Assembly: GCA_027482795.1 (NCBI GenBank)
Contig: JAIXVS010000333.1
Coordinates: forward strand, 1-44,963
Direction of reading: 5' to 3'
From: Rhodobacter sp.
Lineage (GTDB): Bacteria; Pseudomonadota; Alphaproteobacteria; Rhodobacterales; Rhodobacteraceae
Length of the DNA: 44,963 nt
Below the pieces are notes generated by a model. The model did not search any database and had not been told where the DNA came from. It was given only the letters and a program-made list of their open reading frames with translations. The translations under genes and the position numbers were made by a program. This document shows, in pieces, positions 28,613-37,623 of this stretch. Numbering within the stretch: the stretch's first letter is position 1; each line of letters starts with the position of its first letter.

Positions 28613-30418
28613 GTGGAGTTTAAACGCCAAACCTCGCGCCATGGATCGCTAATGGCGCTGTCCACGATGAAGGACGAAGGCCCCTATGTGGTGGAATGGG
28701 TGGCGCATCATCTTGCGGTGGGGTTCACCGATGTGATGGTGTACACCAACGATTGTTCCGATGGCACCGATACGATCCTGAAGCATCTGGAAAGCCTTGA
28801 TATTGGCGTTTACCACCGCGAAAACACCATCCCCGAAGGGATGAAGCCCCACCCATCCATGCTGAAACTGGCCGCGGATGAGGAGTTGGTGCAGGGCAGC
28901 ACGTGGCTGCTGGTGCTGGATGCGGATGAGTTTATGTGCATCAACCACCCCTCGCACCATCTGGACGGGATGGTCGATGATCTGGAGAAAATTGGCGCAC
29001 ATGCGATGGTGTGCACATGGCGGATTTTCGGATCATCGGGCGTGCGCGATTGGTCGCGCGCGCCCATTACCGATCAGTTCACGCGCGCGGCCCCCGTGTT
29101 TTGGAACAAGGGCTGGGGCACCAAAACCATGCTGAAGTTTGATCAGAAATACCTGCGTTTGGGGATGCACCGCCCGATTATCAAATCGCAGTGGAAAGAT
29201 ACCGATTGGCCCGATACGCAGCTTTGGGTCAACGGGTCTGGCCGCCCGCTGGAAGATTGGTTCAAACTGCGCGGCTGGCGCAGCATCCGCCGCACCGTGG
29301 GCTATGACTGGGCGCAGATCAACCATTACGCGATCAAATCGATGGATGCCTATTCCTTGCGCAAATTTCGCGGCAATGCGAACCTGAAGAAAGATAAATA
29401 CAATTCCGACTATTGGTCTTTGCAAGACCGTAATGAGGTCGAAGATAAGAACATCTTCCGCTATGCCGCGCGGCGCGAAGTGATCCGCCAGCAGCTTTTG
29501 GCCGACCCTTTGGTGCGCCAATATCACGAGGCAGCCCACGCCCATGCCGAAGCGCGGCTGAAAGAATATCGCGCATCGCCCGCCTATATTGAATTGGTCG
29601 AAGGTCTGGTTGCGGCATCGAATGTGCCGATCACACAAGTTGTCGCCAAACCGCCCAAAGCCCGCGATCCTGCCGAGGTTGCCGCCGTGCAAACCAAAAT
29701 CGATGCGCGCCGCGCCGCCAAACCAAAAGACGAACGCCGAACACCCCCCCCGCCTGGCTGGGGTTCGCCCTTTGCCTCGCCCTATGTGTCGGGGCCGATT
29801 GATTTGGGCGGCGAAATCGCGCTGGAGGTGGTGGAAAATCAGCAAATCCACATCCCCCTTGATCCGCGCGTGTTTACCGCCGCCAGCCTCGAGGCGGTGC
29901 AGGCGGGCAAGTTTGACCGCCGCCATGGGCGCAATATTTCGGGTTTTATCGCGGGCTGCACGCGGCTGATGGAACTGGGGGCGGGGTTTGGTTTTGTGCC
30001 CCTGCGCGCCAAAGCCGCGCGTGAAGATGTGCACATCGCCGTACAAGACGACCGCGAGGCGCTGGTGCAATTTGGCGCGATGATTGCGGCCAAACAATTC
30101 CCGCGCGAAGGGCATATGATGACCTTCTCCGCAGCCCCCCTGCGCAGCTATGACGATGGGGAAGAGGCCTATTCTGGCCTAGACGCCCTGCTGGCAGATT
30201 TCAAACCCGAAGTGCTGCGCCTGTCTGGCACGCTGCTGCCCCCGCAGGCGCTGACAGAGGCTCGGCTGACAGGCATCCGCCGCATTCTGTTTCCCTTCCT
30301 TGACCCGTCAGAGCTGGAACACGACCGCGCCCACCACGCCGCCCATCTTTTCCAATTCGGCTTTACCGAAGACATGGGCGGCGAGGCGAACGGCACGTTA
30401 TTCCTGCGCCGCGAATAG
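28613..30418 (+). CDS. Glycosyltransferase family 2-like protein with C-terminal FkbM-like methyltransferase remnant
   Basis: MKDEGPYVVEWVAHH, YTNDCSDGT, LDADEF, FGSSG and QINHYA; C-terminal LMELGAGFG SAM-binding-like motif. Confidence 0.8.
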   Translation: MEFKRQTSRHGSLMALSTMKDEGPYVVEWVAHHLAVGFTDVMVYTNDCSDGTDTILKHLESLDIGVYHRENTIPEGMKPHPSMLKLAADEELVQGSTWLLVLDADEFMCINHPSHHLDGMVDDLEKIGAHAMVCTWRIFGSSGVRDWSRAPITDQFTRAAPVFWNKGWGTKTMLKFDQKYLRLGMHRPIIKSQWKDTDWPDTQLWVNGSGRPLEDWFKLRGWRSIRRTVGYDWAQINHYAIKSMDAYSLRKFRGNANLKKDKYNSDYWSLQDRNEVEDKNIFRYAARREVIRQQLLADPLVRQYHEAAHAHAEARLKEYRASPAYIELVEGLVAASNVPITQVVAKPPKARDPAEVAAVQTKIDARRAAKPKDERRTPPPPGWGSPFASPYVSGPIDLGGEIALEVVENQQIHIPLDPRVFTAASLEAVQAGKFDRRHGRNISGFIAGCTRLMELGAGFGFVPLRAKAAREDVHIAVQDDREALVQFGAMIAAKQFPREGHMMTFSAAPLRSYDDGEEAYSGLDALLADFKPEVLRLSGTLLPPQALTEARLTGIRRILFPFLDPSELEHDRAHHAAHLFQFGFTEDMGGEANGTLFLRRE

Positions 30419-30479
30419 CTTCTTTTCTTTGAAAATATCCTCAGGGGGTGAGCGTAGCGAGGGGGCGCGAGCGCCCCCT
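30419..30479 (-). repeat. Structured intergenic repeat, copy 4
   Basis: Minus strand GGGGGCGC-TC-GCGCCCCC-TCGCTACGCTC-ACCCCCTGAGGATATTT-N10-GAAG. Confidence 0.8.
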
Positions 30480-30624
30480 TTGCCGCCCTTTACGCCGCGC
30501 CGCCGCCCGCCTATAAGGCGCATATGTTGGCCGCTCGCATATACATCCTGCGAATTAGTCGCCCAGTGTCCTGACATCAGGGCGCTGGGACAGATAGGCA
30601 TTCCCAATTCCAAGGATACACGCG

Positions 30625-33570
30625 ATGACCGCCGATACGCCCGATTATTCCACCACCGTTTTCCTGCCCGACACTGATTTTCCCATGCGCGCGGGCCTGC
30701 CGCAGCGCGAACCTGATTGGCTCGCCAAATGGGCGCAGATCGGGGTGTATGACCGCCTGCGCGATAAGGCGCGCGATACCGCCCGCCCGCCCTTTACCCT
30801 GCACGACGGCCCCCCCTATGCCAACGGGCATCTGCACATCGGCCACGCGCTGAACAAAATCCTGAAAGACATGGTCGTGCGCAGCCAGCAGATGATGGGC
30901 CATGACGCGCGCTATGTGCCCGGATGGGATTGCCACGGCTTGCCGATTGAATGGAAAATCGAAGAGCAATATCGGGCCAAGGGTCTGAATAAAGACGATG
31001 TCGACATCGTCGCCTTCCGCCGCGAATGCCGCAAATTTGCGGAAGGCTGGATTGATAGCCAGCGCGAGGAGTTCAAGCGGTTAGGGATCACAGGCAACTG
31101 GGCCGATCCCTATATCACAATGGACTACCACGCCGAGGCGGTGATTGCCGACGAGTTCATGAAGTTCGTGATGAACGGCAGCCTCTATCAGGGCTCAAAA
31201 CCCGTGATGTGGTCGCCTGTTGAGAAAACCGCCTTGGCAGAGGCGGAGGTGGAGTATCACGATGTCACCAGTCATATGGTTTGGGTAAGGTTTAAGACGA
31301 GAATTGTCGGTGGAGAAGGTGCGAACCTTGCCAGCGACTTGTTCAAGGCGACAGTGGTTATCTGGACGACAACACCTTGGACAATTCCGCAAAATCGTGG
31401 CGTGTCATTTAACCCTGCCATTTCCTACGGCCTGTATCGTGTGGAAGAACTTGCAGAAAACTCTATCGCCGTTGCGGGGGAGTGCATCCTCTTGGCCGAT
31501 AAACTGGCCGAAGGGGTGATGACCTCGGCCAAGGTCGCGCGGTTTACGCGCCTTCGTGATGTCCCTGCCATTCAGTTGGAAATGCTAACGCTATCCCATC
31601 CTTACGATGGCATCGAAGGCGGCAACGGCGAGTGGGACTTCCCCGTTCCCATGGTCGCGGGCGATCATGTCACCGATGATGCTGGCACGGGGTTTGTGCA
31701 TACGGCCCCCTCGCACGGCGATGACGATTATCAGATGGGCCTTAAGTATAACCTTGGCATGACCTATAACGTCGAGGCCGACGGCACCTATCGCGCGGAC
31801 CTTCCCCTCTTTGGGGGCAAAGCGATTTTGCGCAATGAGCCTGATCCAAAGAACAAAAAGAACCCTTGGGATGGCGAGGCAAACGTTGCCAATATCAGGG
31901 CATTGGCACAGCAAGGCGCGCTGTTTGCCAAGGGAACTTTGTTCCATTCCTACCCGCATTCGTGGCGGTCAAAAGCCCCGCTGATCTATCGCAACACACC
32001 GCAGTGGTTTGTGGCGATTGATAAGCCGCTGGATGATGGCATGGGCCAATATGGCGAGACCATCCGCCAGCGCGCGCTGACCTCGATCAACGACCTTGTG
32101 CAATGGACACCGCAAACGGGGCGGAACCGCCTGCACTCGATGATCGAAGCGCGGCCTGATTGGGTGCTCTCGCGCCAACGCGCGTGGGGCGTGCCGCTGA
32201 CGGCGTTCACTAAGCGGGGCTCGGCCCCGACGGACGCCGATTTCATCCTGCAAAACGCCGAAGTGAACGCGCGGATTAAGGCCGCCTTTGAAAAAGACTC
32301 CGCTGATGTATGGTATGAGGCGGGGTTCAAGGAAAAGGTGCTGGGCGGGATCGTCAACCCTGATGACTATACCCAAGTCATGGACGTGCTGGATGTGTGG
32401 TTTGATAGCGGGTCAACCCACGCCTTCGTGCTGCGCGACCGCCCCGATGGCAGTGCCGATGGGCTGGCGGATTTGTACCTTGAAGGTACCGATCAGCATC
32501 GCGGTTGGTTCCATTCATCCATGCTTCAGGCCTGCGGCACCAAGGGCCGCGCGCCCTATCGCGGGGTTCTGACCCACGGCTTTACGCTGGATGAAAAGGG
32601 CATGAAAATGTCCAAATCCTTGGGCAATACCGTGGCCCCGCAGCAGGTGATTGACGAATACGGCGCGGATATTCTGCGCCTGTGGGTGGCGCTGGCCGAT
32701 TACACAGTTGACCTGCGCATCGGCAAAGAAATTCTAAAGGGCGTGGCCGACAGCTACCGCCGCCTGCGCAATACGATGCGCTTTGTTCTGGGGAATTTGA
32801 AGGATTTCTCAGACGCGGAACGTCTGCCACATGGGCAGATGCCCGAATTGGAACAATGGGTGCTGCACCGCGTGGCCGAAATTGATGCCGAGGTGCGGGC
32901 AGGCTATAAGGCCTATGATTTCCAAGGCGTTTTCCAGAAAATCTTTGCCTTTGCCACGACTGACCTATCGGCAATCTATTTTGATATTCGCAAAGATACC
33001 CTGTATTGCGATGCGCCCAATTCCTTGCGCCGCCGCGCCGCGCGCACGGTTTTGGATCATCTGTACCAGCACCTGACCGCTTGGCTGGCCCCGATTTTGG
33101 TGTTCACCACCGAAGAGGTTTGGCTGTGCCGTAACGGCGAGGGTACGTCCATTCACCTGAATGATATGCCCGCCGTGCCTGCCGAATGGCTGAACCCCGC
33201 TTTGGCCGAAAAATGGGCGCATCTGCGCCAGACGCGCCGTGTGATTACCGCCGCATTGGAAGTGCAGCGCACCGCCAAGGTGATTGGCGCATCGCTAGAG
33301 GCCGCCCCAAAGGTCTATATCAGTGAGGCTGCGCTGTTTGCGGCCACCCTAGGTGTGCCGATGGCGGAATTCTCGATCACCTCGGCCATTGACGTGCTGA
33401 ACGAAACCGCGCCCGCAGATGCCTTTACCCTGCCCGATGTGGCGGGTGTGGGGGTGGTGTTCGGGCTGGCGCAGGGCGAGAAATGCGCGCGCTGCTGGCA
33501 GATTTTGCCTGATGTGGGCAAGCATAAGCGCGCCCATACCTGCGCGCGGTGTAATGAAGCACTAGGATGA
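30625..33570 (+). CDS. ileS: Isoleucine--tRNA ligase
   Basis: HIGH, GWDCHGLP, WTTTPWT, GTGFVH, KMSKS and C-terminal CARC...CARC zinc finger. Confidence 0.98.
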   Translation: MTADTPDYSTTVFLPDTDFPMRAGLPQREPDWLAKWAQIGVYDRLRDKARDTARPPFTLHDGPPYANGHLHIGHALNKILKDMVVRSQQMMGHDARYVPGWDCHGLPIEWKIEEQYRAKGLNKDDVDIVAFRRECRKFAEGWIDSQREEFKRLGITGNWADPYITMDYHAEAVIADEFMKFVMNGSLYQGSKPVMWSPVEKTALAEAEVEYHDVTSHMVWVRFKTRIVGGEGANLASDLFKATVVIWTTTPWTIPQNRGVSFNPAISYGLYRVEELAENSIAVAGECILLADKLAEGVMTSAKVARFTRLRDVPAIQLEMLTLSHPYDGIEGGNGEWDFPVPMVAGDHVTDDAGTGFVHTAPSHGDDDYQMGLKYNLGMTYNVEADGTYRADLPLFGGKAILRNEPDPKNKKNPWDGEANVANIRALAQQGALFAKGTLFHSYPHSWRSKAPLIYRNTPQWFVAIDKPLDDGMGQYGETIRQRALTSINDLVQWTPQTGRNRLHSMIEARPDWVLSRQRAWGVPLTAFTKRGSAPTDADFILQNAEVNARIKAAFEKDSADVWYEAGFKEKVLGGIVNPDDYTQVMDVLDVWFDSGSTHAFVLRDRPDGSADGLADLYLEGTDQHRGWFHSSMLQACGTKGRAPYRGVLTHGFTLDEKGMKMSKSLGNTVAPQQVIDEYGADILRLWVALADYTVDLRIGKEILKGVADSYRRLRNTMRFVLGNLKDFSDAERLPHGQMPELEQWVLHRVAEIDAEVRAGYKAYDFQGVFQKIFAFATTDLSAIYFDIRKDTLYCDAPNSLRRRAARTVLDHLYQHLTAWLAPILVFTTEEVWLCRNGEGTSIHLNDMPAVPAEWLNPALAEKWAHLRQTRRVITAALEVQRTAKVIGASLEAAPKVYISEAALFAATLGVPMAEFSITSAIDVLNETAPADAFTLPDVAGVGVVFGLAQGEKCARCWQILPDVGKHKRAHTCARCNEALG

Positions 33571-34406
33571 CCTTAGGCATCCTAGCCGCCGTTCTGGGCG
33601 CGGCATTTCTGCACGCCGCATGGAATGCCGCGATTAAGGTTGGCACATCGCGCCTTGGCGCGATGATGCTGCTGTCCTTTGGCGAGGTGGCGATTGGCCT
33701 GTGCGTGGCCGCGTTTTTCCCGCTGCCCGCGCCAGAGGTGTGGCCGTGGATTGCCGCCAGTTCCTGCGCGCATTTTTTCTATAAGTTCTTTTTGGCAAAG
33801 GCGTATGAGCGGGGCGATCTGTCGCGCGTCTATCCCATTGCCCGCGGAACAGCGCCGATGATTGTGGCGCTGGCGGGGGGGCTGTTTTTTCTGACCGATA
33901 CGCTGAGCGTGCAGGAATATATCGGTATCTTCATTCTGGGCCTTGGCATTTTGGCCATGGCGCAAGGGATTTTTGCCGAGGGCGAAAACCGCAAGCTGAT
34001 CCCTTTTGCGCTGGGCTCGGCGCTGGCCACGGCCAGTTATACGATGATTGACGGCACTGGCGCGCGGGTGGCGGGTAATGCGGTGATGTATATCGCGTGG
34101 GTCTTCGTGGTGGAAGGCGCGCTGTTTATCGCCGTAATGCTGCTTTTGCGCGGCCCATCCCTGATCCCGCGCGGGCGGCGCGAATGGGGGGCGGGCATGT
34201 TTGCCGCGGCAGCATCTTATGCGGCCTATGCCATTTCGGTTTGGGCGATGACCAAAGCCCCGATTGCGGTTGTCGCAGCCCTGCGGGAAACCAGCATTTT
34301 GTTTGCGGTGCTGATTGGCTGGGCGGTGTTTGGCGAGAGGCTGTCGCGCGGCAAGATCATCGCGGCGGTTATCATTGTGACGGGCGTGATTGTGACGCGG
34401 GTGTAG
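33567..34406 (+). CDS. EamA family transporter
   Basis: LHAAWNA, GDLSRVYPIARG and ALRETS; overlaps the ileS stop. Confidence 0.9.
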   Translation: MTLGILAAVLGAAFLHAAWNAAIKVGTSRLGAMMLLSFGEVAIGLCVAAFFPLPAPEVWPWIAASSCAHFFYKFFLAKAYERGDLSRVYPIARGTAPMIVALAGGLFFLTDTLSVQEYIGIFILGLGILAMAQGIFAEGENRKLIPFALGSALATASYTMIDGTGARVAGNAVMYIAWVFVVEGALFIAVMLLLRGPSLIPRGRREWGAGMFAAAASYAAYAISVWAMTKAPIAVVAALRETSILFAVLIGWAVFGERLSRGKIIAAVIIVTGVIVTRV

Positions 34407-34489
34407 GGGGGCGTTGCCCCCAAACTTGCGCAGGAACGTTGTAAGGTTTCGCTGTGCGCCCTGCCCAAGACATTTAGGCAAACCAGACG
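34406..34489 (+). repeat. Structured intergenic repeat, copy 5 (degenerate)
   Basis: GGGGGCGTTGCCCCC hairpin, imperfect central hairpin, CCCAAGACATTT-N10-GACG tail. Confidence 0.5.
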
Positions 34490-34494
34490 CTGAA

Positions 34495-35199
34495 TTACAC
34501 CGACTTTGGCCCGCGTTCGGGGATGAGCTGTTGCACGATACCTGCCAAAATCAGATAGGTTGAGGCGATGATCAGCGTCCAATGTGCCAGCCAGCCCGCA
34601 TCGAAATTTGTCCAAGCCGACCATGCTGCGGCCAAAACCCAGATCAGCGACATGGGCAGCGACACCCAGTTCCAGCGTTTGGTGCGGGTGGGGTGGATGA
34701 ATTTCAGGTTCAAAAACATACCCGCCGTCAATGCGATGACGATGATCAGCGACACCCATTGGCTGGGCTGCACAGCGAACAGAACCAGCACCACCATGTT
34801 CCAGCAGGCGGGAAAGCCGGAAAAGCTTTTGTCTTTGGTTTTCATACGCGTATCGGCGAAATACACAACCGAGCCATAGGTGATGATGATGATGGCAAAC
34901 CAGCCCATCCAACCTGATAGCATCCCCGATTTGAACAGCGCATAGGCGGGGATGAAGACATAGGTCAGGTAATCGACAATCAAATCCATCAGCACGCCGT
35001 CATAGATGGGAAAGTTCTTTTCCACCTCGTACCGCCGCGCAAGGGGGCCATCGATTCCATCGACAATCAGCGCCAGCACCAGCCACAAAAACATCAGCGA
35101 CCATTCAGATTCGACAGCGGCAAGCATGGCAAACATCGACAAAACCGCGCCAGAGGCGGTTAGAAGATGCACAGAAAGGGCTTTGATGCGAATATTCAT
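34495..35199 (-). CDS. pcs: Phosphatidylcholine synthase
   Basis: VHLLTASG, CDP-alcohol phosphotransferase motif DGIDGPLAR...DGVLMDLIVD, FSGFPACWN, FIHP. Confidence 0.92.
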   Translation of the reverse strand: MNIRIKALSVHLLTASGAVLSMFAMLAAVESEWSLMFLWLVLALIVDGIDGPLARRYEVEKNFPIYDGVLMDLIVDYLTYVFIPAYALFKSGMLSGWMGWFAIIIITYGSVVYFADTRMKTKDKSFSGFPACWNMVVLVLFAVQPSQWVSLIIVIALTAGMFLNLKFIHPTRTKRWNWVSLPMSLIWVLAAAWSAWTNFDAGWLAHWTLIIASTYLILAGIVQQLIPERGPKSV

Positions 35200-35252
35200 A
35201 AGGGGTTGTTCGCCCATTATTCAATGTTTTGCAAGGGCGAGTTAGGGGCGCA

Positions 35253-36194
35253 TTAACCGTTCGCGCGCGGGTGGGCGCTGTTATAGACGTCCATCAGCCT
35301 TGCGGTATCGACGGCGGTATATGCCTCGGTCGTGGACAGGCTGGCGTGGCCCAGCAGTTCTTGAATGGCGCGCAGATCGCCGCCTGCGGCCAGCAAATGC
35401 GTGGCAAAGCTGTGGCGCAGGGCGTGGGGCGTGGCCGATGGTGGCAGGCCAAGGGCGGCGCGGGTGCGCTGCATGGCCAGCGCGATCAGGCGCGCATTCA
35501 GCGGCCCGCCGCGCGCGCCGCGAAACAGGGGGGCATCGCGGGCCAAATCGAACGGGCACAGGCGCACATACTGCGCAACGGCTGTTTGGGTTGCAGGCAG
35601 GGTGGGCACCAGCCGCGTTTTGCTGCCTTTGCCCGTGATGCGCAAAACTTCGGGCAAGGGGTGGTCTGCGCCTGTCAGCGACAGCGCTTCGGAAATGCGC
35701 AGGCCCGACCCGTATAGCAGGGTCACAACGGCGGTATCGCGCGCGGCAATCCAGGGATCGGTCGCAAAATCGCCCACTGCGTCCAGCATGTCTTTTGCGC
35801 CATCTATCGTCAGTGGGCGGGGCAGTTTGCGCAGGTGTTTGGGGCTGCGGGCAGATAGGGCGGCGCTGGCATCTGGCCCGCTGCCCGTGCCAGACCCGCC
35901 GCCATCGGCGAGCCAAGCGAGAAACCCCTTTACCGCCGACAGCGCCCGCGCAAGGCTGCGCGCCGACAGGCCCGTGCCGCGCGCATGGGCCATCCACGCG
36001 CGCATATCGGCAAGGGGCAGGGCGGCCAGATCGGCAGCGCTGGGTGCCTCGCCGCCGCGATGCTGGGCGATAAAGGCCAGAAAGGCGCGCAGGTCTTGGC
36101 TGTAGGCTTTGATCGTGTGGGGTGAGACGCCGTCGACCCCTTTTAGCTGCGCCAGCCAGCGCGCCAGTGCATCGCTGTGGGCGGGCGGGATCAT
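35253..36194 (-). CDS. xerC: Tyrosine recombinase XerC
   Basis: YGSGLRISE, GKGSK, TPHALRHSFATH, LLGHASLSTTEAY; downstream of DUF484. Confidence 0.92.
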   Translation of the reverse strand: MIPPAHSDALARWLAQLKGVDGVSPHTIKAYSQDLRAFLAFIAQHRGGEAPSAADLAALPLADMRAWMAHARGTGLSARSLARALSAVKGFLAWLADGGGSGTGSGPDASAALSARSPKHLRKLPRPLTIDGAKDMLDAVGDFATDPWIAARDTAVVTLLYGSGLRISEALSLTGADHPLPEVLRITGKGSKTRLVPTLPATQTAVAQYVRLCPFDLARDAPLFRGARGGPLNARLIALAMQRTRAALGLPPSATPHALRHSFATHLLAAGGDLRAIQELLGHASLSTTEAYTAVDTARLMDVYNSAHPRANG

Positions 36195-36198
36195 GGAT

Positions 36199-36876
36199 TT
36201 AACTCAGCCAGCGGCGCATGGTGCGTTCAAATACGCTGGCAAAAAAGGCCAGCAGGTCGGTGCCATGGGTGGGTTTGAAATGATGCGGGTCTTCGCTGCC
36301 CAGCGCCAATAGCCCCGGCAGGCGGCCCGTGCCAAAATCCAGCCGCATCAACGCCTCTGACCGTACCCAAGCCGCCGCTTCGCCGTAAACGCCATCGTTT
36401 TCGGGCATACATTGGCGCAGCACCACAGGGCGCAAAGACACATTGCGCCCGCCCGAAGTATAGGCCCCCACGGTGCCCGGGCTGACAATGCGCAACAGCT
36501 GCGGCGCGGTGCTGGCCAATGGGCTTTGGGTGGATTCCAGCAAAAGGCCCACTGCATCCACCCGCAGGGCTTGGGCCACATTGCCTGCCAAAGCGGTTAG
36601 AAAATCGTCAAAGGTCAGCGGGTCAAGCAGTTCCAGAATGGCGCGGTGAATTTGGTTGGTGCCGGCCAAGTTTTCATAGGCCGCCGCAATCACGCTGCGG
36701 TGGGTTTCTTCCAGATTGTCCAGCCGTTCTTCCAGCTTTTGCATGGCAATGCCGCGCAGATCGACGACATTGCCCGCCCGCGCTTCGGACGCGCCGACAA
36801 GGGCTGCCATCACATCGCGGTCTTCCAGCAGCTTTTCGGGGGCGGCCAGAATAAGGTCACGTATATCCTGATCCAT
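36199..36876 (-). CDS. DUF484 family protein
   Basis: NVVDLRG, AAAYEN, GTNQIHRA and HGTDLLAFF; usual position upstream of xerC. Confidence 0.88.
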   Translation of the reverse strand: MDQDIRDLILAAPEKLLEDRDVMAALVGASEARAGNVVDLRGIAMQKLEERLDNLEETHRSVIAAAYENLAGTNQIHRAILELLDPLTFDDFLTALAGNVAQALRVDAVGLLLESTQSPLASTAPQLLRIVSPGTVGAYTSGGRNVSLRPVVLRQCMPENDGVYGEAAAWVRSEALMRLDFGTGRLPGLLALGSEDPHHFKPTHGTDLLAFFASVFERTMRRWLS

Positions 36877-36896
36877 CACGCCGCCCCCCGTTTGAT

Positions 36897-37550
36897 TTAC
36901 AGAATTTTTTGGCCCGTCTTGGCCCAATCTTTTTCAAACTGTTCTAGGCCCTTGTCGGTTAGGGCGTGCGATGCCAGCGCCTTAATCACCGCAGGCGGCG
37001 CTGTCATAACATCGGCCCCAACCAGCGCGCATTGCGAGACGTGGTTGGCGCTGCGAATGGATGCCGCCAGAATTTGCGTCTCAAAGCCGTAATTGTCATA
37101 GACTTGGCGGATGTCGGCGATCAATTCCATCCCGTCAAGGTTGATATCATCCAAACGGCCAATGAAGGGCGAGATAAAAGTTGCCCCTGCTTTGGCGGCA
37201 ATCAGCGCCTGATTGACGCTGAAGCATAGGGTGACATTGACCATTTTCCCCTCGCCCGTCAGTACTTTGCAGGCGCGCAGACCGTCCCATGTCAGGGGCA
37301 CTTTGACGGCGATATTGGGGGCAATGGCGGCCAGCTTGCGGCCTTCGGCGATCATATCGTCGGCCTTTGTCGCCACGACTTCGGCGGAAACGGGGCCAGA
37401 GACGATGGAGCAAATCTCGCGCGTGACTTCGATGATGTCGCGGCCCGATTTTAGAATGATCGAAGGGTTGGTGGTAACCCCATCGACCATGCCCAAATCG
37501 TTCAGTTCGGAAATGGCGGCCACATCGGCGCTGTCGACAAAGAATTTCAT
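36897..37550 (-). CDS. fsa: Transaldolase / fructose-6-phosphate aldolase (TalC/FSA)
   Basis: [41 protein letters not shown]. Confidence 0.94.
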   Translation of the reverse strand: MKFFVDSADVAAISELNDLGMVDGVTTNPSIILKSGRDIIEVTREICSIVSGPVSAEVVATKADDMIAEGRKLAAIAPNIAVKVPLTWDGLRACKVLTGEGKMVNVTLCFSVNQALIAAKAGATFISPFIGRLDDINLDGMELIADIRQVYDNYGFETQILAASIRSANHVSQCALVGADVMTAPPAVIKALASHALTDKGLEQFEKDWAKTGQKIL

Positions 37551-37623
37551 GGCTGGCCCCTTTGGGTGTTGTGAGACTGTCGCGCAGGGTTTAACCCAAT
37601 TTTATGGCCAAGGGAAAGGTGCA

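Noticed and set aside
21326-30115. Long antisense ORFs (e.g. 21326-22474, 23637-24665, 29033-30115) and ORF-track 5' extensions of hemF, tesA and priA
   Set aside because: Shadow frames expected in GC-rich coding DNA; they lie opposite well-supported genes and show no motifs.
35253-36194. Integrase of a mobile element
   Set aside because: Sequence and the fsa-DUF484-xerC context indicate housekeeping XerC; no att sites or cargo.
37591-37605. CtrA-like TTAA-N7-TTAT between fsa and priA (also TTAACC at 27704)
   Set aside because: Imperfect matches with no independent support.
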